NCBI GenBank assembly: GCA_947378095.1 | Contig: CANCIL010000001.1 | Location: 1 to 48,626 of the forward strand | DNA: 48,626 nt | DNA from: Betaproteobacteria bacterium | Lineage (GTDB): Bacteria; Pseudomonadota; Gammaproteobacteria; Burkholderiales; Burkholderiaceae | Direction: 5' to 3' | Shown here: in pieces, positions 38,563 to 47,190 of the stretch | Layout of the letters: each line of letters begins with the position of its first letter | Numbering within the stretch: position 1 is the stretch's first letter | Notes under the pieces: model-generated | The model's database searches: none | What the model was told of the DNA's origin: nothing | What the model saw: only the letters and a program-made list of their open reading frames with translations | Program-made: the position numbers and the translations under genes

Positions 38563-39489
38563 TTAAAGACCGGGCATTGAAAAGTTGGCTTTTTGTAGTT
38601 CACTTAAGAGTTTTGCTTGCTGCTCAGCAGTTAATTGCATGAGTGGTGGGCGAACTCTGAGCCAATCAGGATCTTTGCTGTAATGCGCTACGGCAGTTTT
38701 CATGCCGGCAATCATTTGATATTGAGCAAAGATTGCGCGGAGTTTGTCTAAGTCGGCTTGACGATCATCAGCATTAGACTCTCTCCAGTGGGCTGCTAAC
38801 TCAGCAAGCGCCTTAGGATTCACGTTAGCGGTTGCAGAGATGCAGCCAACTCCACCAGCACGCAAAGTGCGCATTAAGAAAACCTCGCTGCCAGCGTAAA
38901 CCCGGAAGCCTGAAGGAGCTAACAACTTAATAACGGATTCTGTGTAAGCCCAATCACCGGAGCTATCTTTCATGCCGACTACTGTTTTTGGATATTCCTT
39001 AGCAAGGCGCTCTAAAAGTGACAGGCTTAAATTAATTTTGGTAACAGGTGGAATGTTGTAGATATAAATCTGCAAGGCAGAGCTACCCACTTTCTGAATC
39101 ACTTCAGAAAAATAAGCAAACAATCCATCATCTGTGACGTCTTTGTAATAAAAAGGCGGGAGCATGAGAACACCTGCACACTTATGATCAAGCGCATGAC
39201 GAGTCATATTGACAGTGGCATCAACAGAGGTAGCACCAGTTCCTGGCATCATGTGCTCAGGATTGAGTCCACCCTCAATGAGGGTAGTCAGTGTGCTCAT
39301 TTTTTGTGGGGCAGACATCGAGTTGGCTTCTGAGTTTGTGCCAAAAATAGCCTGACCAACACCATTAGCTTCTAGCCACTTGCATTGCTTGAGCAACTTT
39401 TGCGCATCAGGGCTTCCATCTGCTTTGAATGGAGTTAAGACTGGGGATAGCACCGCAGGCAATGTGGAAGGGTGTAAGGAAATAGTCAT
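38563..39489 (-). CDS. DHDPS/NAL-family class I aldolase or dehydratase (not DapA)
   Basis: LTPF, GTNSE (variant of GTTGE), PPFYY, YNIP, KDSSGD Schiff-base Lys. Confidence 0.88.
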   Translation of the reverse strand: MTISLHPSTLPAVLSPVLTPFKADGSPDAQKLLKQCKWLEANGVGQAIFGTNSEANSMSAPQKMSTLTTLIEGGLNPEHMMPGTGATSVDATVNMTRHALDHKCAGVLMLPPFYYKDVTDDGLFAYFSEVIQKVGSSALQIYIYNIPPVTKINLSLSLLERLAKEYPKTVVGMKDSSGDWAYTESVIKLLAPSGFRVYAGSEVFLMRTLRAGGVGCISATANVNPKALAELAAHWRESNADDRQADLDKLRAIFAQYQMIAGMKTAVAHYSKDPDWLRVRPPLMQLTAEQQAKLLSELQKANFSMPGL

Positions 39490-39501
39490 GCTTGCTCCGA
39501 T

Positions 39502-40431
39502 TTAATTTTTAACTTCTGTAAGAAGTGGCTGTTGGTTAAAAAAGGCTTCTAAATTATCTACGGCTAAATTGGTCATTGCTATCCGTGTTTCTGCGGTAGC
39601 ACTGCCAATATGGGGTGTTAATAAGACATTATCAAGATTTAAGAATTCCACATTGGGATTTGGTTCATTTTCATAGACATCCAATGCAGCGCCAGCAATC
39701 TTTTTATGCTGCAGTGCATATAAAAGAGCAGCTTCATCTACTACGCTACCCCGCGCAATATTGATCAAATATCCACTGGGTCCTAAAGCCTCAAGAGCCT
39801 CTGTGCCGACCATTTTGTCGGTATCGGGTGTCGCAGGGCAGGCTAAAAATAAAACATCACACGCTTTAGCTAATGACGTGATGTCTTTGAAGTAGGCATA
39901 AGGCACATTTTTTGGTGTCGGACCGCAATAAGCAATCTCGACTTTAAAAGGCAATAGGCGCGCAGCAAGATCTTGACCAATACGACCCATTCCAGCAATG
40001 CCTACCCGTTTACCTGCAAGGGTAGTAGTGATCTTAAATGGACCCTTAGACCAGATTCTCGTTTTTACAAGTTCTTGGGCCTCAGGAAGGCGTCTTAGGA
40101 GTGCGAGCATCATGCCTATACCTAATTCGCAAACGGCATCATTCAGAACCCCAGGAGTGTTGCTAATAATGATGCCTTGCTCCCTAAGGTAGTCCAGCGG
40201 GAGATTGTCATAGCCGACGCCACAAGTGGATACCATGCGAATGCTGGGAATTTGCCTAACTAAGGCTTCTGGTAGGGTGATGTTTGATCGCACCAGGATT
40301 GCCTGAAAATTACCCGCAGGAGCTGGGGCTCCTGGGTCAGGGTGACGAGTGGATACAAAGCGTCGATCAATTTCAGCCTGCATAATTTCAGGGAAATGGC
40401 CGACCTGTAGCACCGAATTGACGGGGATCAT
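39502..40431 (-). CDS. D-2-hydroxyacid dehydrogenase (hydroxypyruvate/glyoxylate reductase-like)
   Basis: GVGYD, NTPGVL, GMGRIG, NIARG, DVYENEP, PHIGSAT. Confidence 0.92.
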   Translation of the reverse strand: MIPVNSVLQVGHFPEIMQAEIDRRFVSTRHPDPGAPAPAGNFQAILVRSNITLPEALVRQIPSIRMVSTCGVGYDNLPLDYLREQGIIISNTPGVLNDAVCELGIGMMLALLRRLPEAQELVKTRIWSKGPFKITTTLAGKRVGIAGMGRIGQDLAARLLPFKVEIAYCGPTPKNVPYAYFKDITSLAKACDVLFLACPATPDTDKMVGTEALEALGPSGYLINIARGSVVDEAALLYALQHKKIAGAALDVYENEPNPNVEFLNLDNVLLTPHIGSATAETRIAMTNLAVDNLEAFFNQQPLLTEVKN

Positions 40432-40517
40432 GTCTCACTTACTTTTTTATTGGAATAATGCAGCTATTGTAAGAGGATTTTTAGCCAAAGGTCCGCCCCC
40501 TTTTAGGAGAATGTGAG

Positions 40518-41459
40518 ATGTTGTTTACCCCAGCCGAAACTAAAGTAGTCATTGTTGGCGGTGGCACCATGGGTGCAGACGTTGCGGCAGTTTGCGCACG
40601 AGGCGGTTGTGCCGTACAAGTGGTTGAGCCAACCACCGAGCGTAGGGCTCTTTTGCCAGACTATTTCGCTAACACCCTAAGTGAGCTTGGTTATGAAAAC
40701 CGAATTCATCTTCTGAGTGTTGCAGGATCTTTGGAGGAGGTGGATTGGTCTGACGTAGATCTAGTGATCGAGTGCGTGCCTGAGCGTTTGGATATTAAAC
40801 AAGAGCTATTTGCCAAGCTTGAGAAATACGCAAAACCCGAGGCGGTACTAGCGAGCAATAGTACGAGCTTTCCAATTAGCCAAATTGCCAGCGGTTTAAA
40901 AACGGCCGCACGAATGATTGGTCTTCATTTCTTCATGCCTGCACATTTAATTCCTTGTGTAGAGGTGGTTTATGGTGAAAAAACATCTCCAATGGTTGGC
41001 GATAGCCTCTTTAGATTAATGACAGCTTGTGGGATGGTTCCAGTCACCGTTAAAAAAGATTTACCAGGATTTTTGGCGAATCGTTTGCAACATGCCTTAT
41101 CGCGTGAAGCCTTTTCAATGGTCGATGCAGGAATCTGCACGCCAGAAGATATCGATAAGGCGGTGCGTTTTGGTTTTGGCTTTCGATATATTGCAGCCGG
41201 CCCAGCAATGCAACGCGATCATGCTGGTCTTGAGATTCATGCTGCCGGAGGAGCAACTATTTATCCTTCATTAAATAATTCTTCTACGATTGCAAAGTGC
41301 TTAAGTGAGCGTGTAGAGAGCGGTAAGTTTGGTATGAAAACTGGTGAAGGATTTTATCCTTGGACAGCTGAAACCATTCAGGCGGAACGCAAGCGCTATC
41401 AAGATGCTTTGCGTGAAGGCTTAAAGATTATTCAAAAAGAATTGCCTGAAATAAAGTAA
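40518..41459 (+). CDS. 3-hydroxyacyl-CoA dehydrogenase family protein
   Basis: GGGTMG, ECVPERLDIK, SNST, GLHFFMPAHL...VE, GFLANR, GMKTGEGFY. Confidence 0.9.
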   Translation: MLFTPAETKVVIVGGGTMGADVAAVCARGGCAVQVVEPTTERRALLPDYFANTLSELGYENRIHLLSVAGSLEEVDWSDVDLVIECVPERLDIKQELFAKLEKYAKPEAVLASNSTSFPISQIASGLKTAARMIGLHFFMPAHLIPCVEVVYGEKTSPMVGDSLFRLMTACGMVPVTVKKDLPGFLANRLQHALSREAFSMVDAGICTPEDIDKAVRFGFGFRYIAAGPAMQRDHAGLEIHAAGGATIYPSLNNSSTIAKCLSERVESGKFGMKTGEGFYPWTAETIQAERKRYQDALREGLKIIQKELPEIK

Positions 41460-41472
41460 TCTGATGCCTCGG

Positions 41473-42678
41473 CTAAGCAATATCTTTAATATTTAATTTG
41501 CGTAAATGGGGTGCAAGGCGATAGGTAATTAGCACGATCATGATCGTCGCCGCACCACCAAATGCGATTGAGGGCACTAAGCCCATCAGACTGGCTGCGA
41601 TGCCAGACTCTAGTGCGCCCAATTCATTTGACGAACCAATAAAGATGCCGTTAATAGCGCTAATGCGGCCACGCATATGGTCTGGCGTAGTGAGTTGCAT
41701 AATGCTGCCGCGTATCACTACCGAAATCGAGTCGCAACATCCCGAGATGAATAAGAAGAATGCGCAGATCCAGAGATTGCTTGAGATACCAAAAGCAATG
41801 ATTGCCAGACCAAATCCTGCGACTGAGAGAAATAGATATCTCCCAGAGTCGGTCAGTATGGGTCGCCTAGCAAGATAGATTCCGGTAATGACGGCGCCTG
41901 CTGCGGGCGCGGCGCGCAGTATTCCCAGGGTTTCAGGACCAGCATTGAGCACCTCTTTGACAAAGGCCGGCAGAATGGATACTGCACCCCCAAAGAGAAC
42001 GGCAAACATATCTAGCGCCATCACACTCAGAATCAATTCATGTTTTCTGACGTAATGAAACCCTTCCATAAAGCTTTTGAGGAAATCATTCTTCAGAGCG
42101 CTACTCTTTTCCTGAACTGCGCTAATAAAGGTCACGCCATAGAGACCAAAGGCGCCACAGCAAGCGGCTAATAAATAAGTCCACTCTAGTCCAGCAAAGC
42201 CAATCATTAAACCACCAAGCCCTGGGCCCGCAACCACGCAAATCTGAAATGCGGATGAAGCATAGGCGGTATAGCGGGTCAATTGATCTCTTGGGATGAT
42301 CTGCCCGAATAAGGCTTGATAAGAGGGGCGCAATAAGGCGCGTCCAATGCCGATAAAAGCAACTGCGCCATAAATGAAGGGTACTGGCGGTGTGATCCAG
42401 TCTATTGCAACAGCTGCAAGAAATAATCCTACCGCTAGATGAATGATGCAGGCTAAGCCAGCGATGTGTTTCCTGGAGTAGTGATCTACCGCATGGCCTG
42501 AATACAGGGCAAAGGTGAAGTAGGGAATCAATTCAGCTAAGCCAATCAGACCCAAAGAAACAACGCTATTGGTGATCTCGTAAAGATGCCAGCCTACCGC
42601 TACCATCGTAATTTGATAACTCAGCGTCGCGCCAATGCGATAGAGCAGTAGGGTTCTAAAAGCTTTACTGGGATTCAT
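41473..42678 (-). CDS. MFS transporter (EntS/MFS_3-like)
   Basis: VAVGW.LY.IT, LDMFAVLFGG, TPD.MRGRIS...FIGSSNELGALESG. Confidence 0.9.
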   Translation of the reverse strand: MNPSKAFRTLLLYRIGATLSYQITMVAVGWHLYEITNSVVSLGLIGLAELIPYFTFALYSGHAVDHYSRKHIAGLACIIHLAVGLFLAAVAIDWITPPVPFIYGAVAFIGIGRALLRPSYQALFGQIIPRDQLTRYTAYASSAFQICVVAGPGLGGLMIGFAGLEWTYLLAACCGAFGLYGVTFISAVQEKSSALKNDFLKSFMEGFHYVRKHELILSVMALDMFAVLFGGAVSILPAFVKEVLNAGPETLGILRAAPAAGAVITGIYLARRPILTDSGRYLFLSVAGFGLAIIAFGISSNLWICAFFLFISGCCDSISVVIRGSIMQLTTPDHMRGRISAINGIFIGSSNELGALESGIAASLMGLVPSIAFGGAATIMIVLITYRLAPHLRKLNIKDIA

Positions 42679-42721
42679 GGGTTTTCTTAGTGTAAGGCAG
42701 ATCCTGCTTTATCCTTAAGGT

Positions 42722-43405
42722 ATGAAAAAAATCATTCGCGTTTGGGACTTGCCGGTTAGGGTATTTCATTGGCTTTTGGTAGCCTGTCTCATTGGTAGCT
42801 TGGTGAGTGTAAATTTAGGCGGTAATGCCATCGAGTGGCATGCCTATTTTGGCTATAGTATTTTGGTGCTCTTGGTTTTCAGAGTGCTATGGGGTTTTAT
42901 CGGATCCACTCATGCCCGATTTGTTAACTTCTTTCCTTCGAAAGAAAAAATACTCAATTACTTGAGCGGTAATTCGCCTCGCGTATTAGGACACAACCCG
43001 CTGGGTGCCCTGTCTGTTTTTGCCTTGTTATTTGTTTTAAGCGTTCAAGTTTTTACTGGCTTATTTGTAGACGACGAAATTGCTTTTCAGGGGCCACTAG
43101 CTAAATACATCCCTAATTTTTTGGTCTCACTTTTCTCAGAGATTCATGAGGCTAATCAGGTTTTGATATATGCCTTGATCAGCGTTCATATCGCAGCAAT
43201 TTTGTTCTACAAAAAGTTCAAAGGTGAAGATCTCATCAAGCCCATGCTGAGTGGCGATAAAGAAATTGACCCAAGCGAGGAGGCTGATTACTTGCCTACT
43301 GACTTGGGTCAGCCATCCAAAGATGGTTTTTTACAGCGTACGCTCGCTTTGATTCTTTTAAGCGTGATCGCTGTGGTGGTGGGTTACTTGATTACTTCTT
43401 CTTAA
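42722..43405 (+). CDS. Cytochrome b (b561 / Ni-hydrogenase b-type) membrane protein
   Basis: VWD.PVR.FHW, WH..FGY, GHNPLGA, IHE, VHIAA: His heme ligands in four TMs. Confidence 0.9.
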   Translation: MKKIIRVWDLPVRVFHWLLVACLIGSLVSVNLGGNAIEWHAYFGYSILVLLVFRVLWGFIGSTHARFVNFFPSKEKILNYLSGNSPRVLGHNPLGALSVFALLFVLSVQVFTGLFVDDEIAFQGPLAKYIPNFLVSLFSEIHEANQVLIYALISVHIAAILFYKKFKGEDLIKPMLSGDKEIDPSEEADYLPTDLGQPSKDGFLQRTLALILLSVIAVVVGYLITSS

Positions 43406-43844
43406 AGTCGTCGTGACAAGTTTTGCAAGTTTGGCCCGCAGCACCAAAAGCCTTCTTAATGTTGTCAAGATCACCTGACTGAGCTGCAGTATTTAAACTA
43501 GCCACTGCCAATTGCATCTTTTCAGCATTAGATTTGAATTTAGCGCTATCAGACCAAACTTCTGGCTGAGCTTTTCCGCCTTCAGTGCCTGAACCAAACG
43601 CTTGCCATGGTAACGAAGAGAGTGTTGCTACAACCGCAGCATTTTTAGCCACTTCATCTTTGTTGTAAGGAGCCTCTCCTTTAACAACAGCAGCAATCTT
43701 GCCAAAAGAATTTCCAAGAACAGTAAAGACGCTTTGGCGATACTTAATAGCATCTTCTGGTTTTTGAAATTGTGCAAAAGCAGACCCAGCACTCAGAGCT
43801 ACAACGGTAGCGGTAGTAGCTAGAAGAATGTGATGTAGTTTCAT
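43392..43844 (-). CDS. Cytochrome c' (class II four-helix cytochrome c)
   Basis: Signal peptide (AFA|Q), AIKYRQ, A.PEVW, C-terminal CKTCH. Confidence 0.92.
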   Translation of the reverse strand: MKLHHILLATTATVVALSAGSAFAQFQKPEDAIKYRQSVFTVLGNSFGKIAAVVKGEAPYNKDEVAKNAAVVATLSSLPWQAFGSGTEGGKAQPEVWSDSAKFKSNAEKMQLAVASLNTAAQSGDLDNIKKAFGAAGQTCKTCHDDFKKK

Positions 43845-43926
43845 ATATGACCTCTATCGAATGGGTAGTTGAGAAGGGGTGGCATTTCTGACGAATTCAG
43901 CATACTCCAGAATGGCGGTTTTTGCT

Positions 43927-44589
43927 CTAGATAATCGTCTGAAGGGGGAGCGTGATGAGATAGAGCAGGTATTTAAAAAATGCCATGAGGGGCTCCATCC
44001 ATAAGCTTCCGATGATTCCAGTGAAAACTAAAGCCAAAACAATAAAAAAGCCCCACGGTTCAAGCTTGCCTAGCGCAATCGACTGGCGAGCTGGTAGCAG
44101 GCTAGAAAGTATTCGCCCCCCATCGAGCGGTGGCAAGGGGAATAAATTAAATACCAGTAAACCCAGGTTCCAGGTAATGCCAGCTTGTGCCATCGAAACA
44201 AAGAATTTTTCATTTACCCCAAACCCTATGAGGCAAATTAGTAAGATTGCCCAAAAGATGGCTTGAATGAAGTTGGACCCAGGCCCAGCCAATGCAACCC
44301 AGATGGAGTCAATTCTGGGGTTTCTGAGGCGTCCAAAATTAACTGGAACCGGTTTGGCATAACCAACCAAGAATGGGGACCCCGTTAAAAGCAAGGCCAA
44401 GGGAATCAATATCGTGCCGACAGGATCAATGTGCTTGGCTGGATTTAAGGTAACCCGCCCAAGCATATAGGCGGTGTTATCTCCAAATTTCCGAGCCGCA
44501 TAGCCATGAGCTGCCTCATGGATCGTGATGGCAAAAATTAAGGGAATCGCATTAATGGCGACAGCTTGGATAGAATAGTCAGTAATCAT
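43927..44589 (-). CDS. Site-2 protease (M50 family)
   Basis: HEAAH, GD.TA...GR.TLNP..H.D, AGP.SN, NLFPLPPLDG; ATG 44589. Confidence 0.93.
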   Translation of the reverse strand: MITDYSIQAVAINAIPLIFAITIHEAAHGYAARKFGDNTAYMLGRVTLNPAKHIDPVGTILIPLALLLTGSPFLVGYAKPVPVNFGRLRNPRIDSIWVALAGPGSNFIQAIFWAILLICLIGFGVNEKFFVSMAQAGITWNLGLLVFNLFPLPPLDGGRILSSLLPARQSIALGKLEPWGFFIVLALVFTGIIGSLWMEPLMAFFKYLLYLITLPLQTII

Positions 44590-44617
44590 GGCAATATGAT
44601 ATCCATAGGAGCAAAAA

Positions 44618-44785
44618 GTGACTGACGATAAAAAACCCGACCCAAAGACCCCGGCCAAGCCTGTAATTGCTAAACCGCCCGCACGTCCACCCGTTCCAAA
44701 AGGCCCATCTGGCCCTGCTGGAAGGCCTCAGGCAGGCTTTGGTGGTGGAAAAGGCATGATGCGCAAGGCTGGACGCGGTCGATAG
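44618..44785 (+). CDS. Small Pro/Lys/Gly-rich basic protein (55 aa, not in ORF track)
   Basis: AGGAG RBS 6 nt before GTG; MTDDKKPDPKTPAKPVIAKPPARPPVPKGPSGPAGRPQAGFGGGKGMMRKAGRGR. Confidence 0.7.
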   Translation: MTDDKKPDPKTPAKPVIAKPPARPPVPKGPSGPAGRPQAGFGGGKGMMRKAGRGR

Positions 44786-44829
44786 TGGATAATTACCCTA
44801 TTGATTAATGTGTTTACAGAGGATTTAGC

Positions 44830-44967
44830 ATGAACGAATGGCATAACGAATCTAAAGAAGAAGTTAACAAAAAGATCATTACTTTGATCGTGATGTTGGC
44901 CGCCGCAACTAGCTTGGCAATTTTGTTTGCATTGGTAGCAGCTCATACTGGTTACGTATTCGGTTAA
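44830..44967 (+). CDS. Small single-TM membrane protein (45 aa, not in ORF track)
   Basis: AGAGGA RBS before ATG; MNEWHNESKEEVNKKIITLIVMLAAATSLAILFALVAAHTGYVFG; ends 9 nt before ygiD. Confidence 0.7.
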   Translation: MNEWHNESKEEVNKKIITLIVMLAAATSLAILFALVAAHTGYVFG

Positions 44968-44976
44968 TACGCATTA

Positions 44977-45756
44977 ATGACTAGCCATCGCCAACCTGCA
45001 GTATTCGCTGGCCATGGCAGTCCAATGTATGCCCTAGAACCCAACCGCTTCACTGAGGCTTGGTCAAGTTTAGGTAAATCATTAAAACGCCCTGATGCCA
45101 TTCTGGTGATCTCGGCGCATTGGGTAACCCGAGGTGTATGGGTTACTGCAATGCCAAAACCCAAAACGATTCATGACTTTGGTGGATTTCCACAAGCACT
45201 GTTTGATATTCAGTATCCTGCGCCTGGGTCGCCTGCACTTGCCGATCGCGTGAAGGAGCTTTTAAATGTTCCTGTCGTACTAGAAGAAAACGAGTGGGGT
45301 ATTGATCACGGCGCATGGTCTGTTCTCAAATATATGTATCCCCATGCTGATGTGCCAATAGTGCAGCTGAGCCTTGATGGATCAATGTCGGCCAGAGCGC
45401 ATTACGAATTAGCTAAACAATTACGTCCTTTGCGTGATGAAAACATTCTCGTTTTATCTAGCGGTAATGTAGTTCATAACTTGCGGACCATTGATTGGCA
45501 CGATAATGCTGTACCCCATACTTGGGCTCAAGAATTCAATCAATTTTTTGTCTCTGAGATGCGTGCTGATCATCATGAGTCACTCATTGATTGGGAGCGC
45601 TACGGTGATGCAGCGCACTTGTCAATTCCTACTGCAGAACACTATTGGCCTGCACTCTACACTTTGGCATTACAGGAGGATGGCGAGCATGCAAAAGTGT
45701 TTACCGATGGCATTGAAATGAGTTCCATCAGTATGCTGGGTTTTTCAATTCAATAG
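44977..45756 (+). CDS. ygiD: 4,5-DOPA extradiol dioxygenase (LigB family)
   Basis: [37 protein letters not shown]. Confidence 0.92.
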   Translation: MTSHRQPAVFAGHGSPMYALEPNRFTEAWSSLGKSLKRPDAILVISAHWVTRGVWVTAMPKPKTIHDFGGFPQALFDIQYPAPGSPALADRVKELLNVPVVLEENEWGIDHGAWSVLKYMYPHADVPIVQLSLDGSMSARAHYELAKQLRPLRDENILVLSSGNVVHNLRTIDWHDNAVPHTWAQEFNQFFVSEMRADHHESLIDWERYGDAAHLSIPTAEHYWPALYTLALQEDGEHAKVFTDGIEMSSISMLGFSIQ

Positions 45757-45766
45757 AACGCTCGAT

Positions 45767-46144
45767 ATGTGGCTATCTTTTCTCGCAATTTTCTTTGGTG
45801 CCGGTTTCGGTGCCTTATTACGTGCCGCTTTTAATCTACTGACTGTAGGGGCAGCTTCAGTCATTCCGCTGGGCACTTTGTTGGCCAATATGGTCGGTGG
45901 TTACCTCGTCGGTATTGCAGTCGCCTTCTTTGGTAGTAATCCGAACCTATCCCCAGAGTGGAAATTATTTGTTATTACGGGATTTTTAGGAGGGCTGACA
46001 ACCTTCTCTAGTTTTTCAGCTGAAGTGGTCAGCTTTTTGCAGCGCGGAGAATATACTTGGGCTCTAGGTACTGCAATGTTGCATCTAGTCGGATCTTTGG
46101 TTCTAACTTTCTTGGGGATCTTGACTTATCAAGCCCTAAAATAA
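45767..46144 (+). CDS. crcB: Fluoride efflux channel Fluc/CrcB
   Basis: [30 protein letters not shown]. Confidence 0.96.
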   Translation: MWLSFLAIFFGAGFGALLRAAFNLLTVGAASVIPLGTLLANMVGGYLVGIAVAFFGSNPNLSPEWKLFVITGFLGGLTTFSSFSAEVVSFLQRGEYTWALGTAMLHLVGSLVLTFLGILTYQALK

Positions 46145-46174
46145 AAAAAGGAAGCCTCGTTAGGACTTCCTTTT
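46143..46174. terminator. Bidirectional terminator between crcB and the Bug gene
   Basis: AAAAGGAAG-CCT-CGTT-AGG-A-CTTCCTTTT. Confidence 0.8.
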
Positions 46175-46191
46175 ATCTTCCTCAGAATAAT

Positions 46192-47178
46192 TTACTCTGG
46201 TTTGATCTTCGCAATCCTCACTACCGCACCCCACTTGATTGATTCAGAGCGAATCAATGCAGCAAAGTCGGCTGGAGTGCCGCCACCAATTTCATTTCCT
46301 TGAGAGAGCATTAATTCACGCAGCTGTGGATCTTTTAAAGCCTCATTGGCTGCGGCATTCAGCTTATCAATAATTGCCTTTGGCGTTCCCTTTGGCGCAA
46401 TCAGGCCTTGCCAGTTCAATACCTCAACCTTTGGATAGCCTAACTCAGTAAAGCTAGGAACATTAGGTAATAGGGGTGAGCGCTTTTTGCTAGTAATCGC
46501 AATGGGGCGCAGCTTATCAGCCTTAATGCTAGGCATTGCCGAGTACATTTGGTCAAACATCATGGTGACATTGCCCGCCATTAAATCGGTGAGGCCAGCA
46601 GAACCACTCTTGTATGGCACATGGATCATGTCGATGCCAGCACTTTGTTTGAAGATCTCTGCAGATAATTGATGGCTACCACCAATACCGCCCGATGAAA
46701 AGGTGAGTACACCAGGCTTTGCTTTTGCAGCGTTAATGATGTCTTGTAAATTCTTGTAAGGCGAATTAGGATTAACCACCAATACCAGCGGACCCTTTTC
46801 AATCAACATGATTGGCGTGACATCGTTCTCAGGGTCGTAACGTAAGTTGGTAAATAAGGTTTTGTTCACGGCCATTGGTGCAAAGTTACCCATACCAATG
46901 GTGTAACCATCAGGTGCGGCGCGTGAAATCATTTCAGTTCCAATATTGCCACCTGCACCAGGTTTGTTATCCACAATAATGGGTTGCTTCAGAATCACAC
47001 TCATTTTTTGAGCCATCTGACGGCTTCGTGAGTCTGCACCACCACCTGCGGCGTAGGGAACAATAAAATTGATTGGCTTATTTGGATAACTATCTTGTGC
47101 TTGTACGCTAGCAGCATGAAAAATTCCAGAGGCACTCGTTAACAAAAGAATTGCTGCAAATGATTTACTGAATTTCAT
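46192..47178 (-). CDS. Bug/TctC substrate-binding protein
   Basis: YPNKPINFIVPYAAGGGAD, DNKPGAGG, FSSGGIGGSHQL, HVPYK. Confidence 0.93.
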   Translation of the reverse strand: MKFSKSFAAILLLTSASGIFHAASVQAQDSYPNKPINFIVPYAAGGGADSRSRQMAQKMSVILKQPIIVDNKPGAGGNIGTEMISRAAPDGYTIGMGNFAPMAVNKTLFTNLRYDPENDVTPIMLIEKGPLVLVVNPNSPYKNLQDIINAAKAKPGVLTFSSGGIGGSHQLSAEIFKQSAGIDMIHVPYKSGSAGLTDLMAGNVTMMFDQMYSAMPSIKADKLRPIAITSKKRSPLLPNVPSFTELGYPKVEVLNWQGLIAPKGTPKAIIDKLNAAANEALKDPQLRELMLSQGNEIGGGTPADFAALIRSESIKWGAVVRIAKIKPE

Positions 47179-47190
47179 AAGTGGTCCAGT

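Noticed and set aside
42722-43405. Cytochrome b as a hydrogenase or formate dehydrogenase subunit
   Set aside because: No catalytic subunits nearby; the neighbour is cytochrome c'
44728-44946. 72-aa minus-strand ORF in the track (MSCYQCKQNCQASC...)
   Set aside because: Plus-strand ORFs 44618-44785 and 44830-44967 have SDs, protein-like composition and operon orientation
45700-45766. Possible fluoride riboswitch upstream of crcB (GATGG...CCATC)
   Set aside because: Lies in ygiD coding sequence and lacks the remaining crcB-motif elements; only a 10-nt intergenic gap
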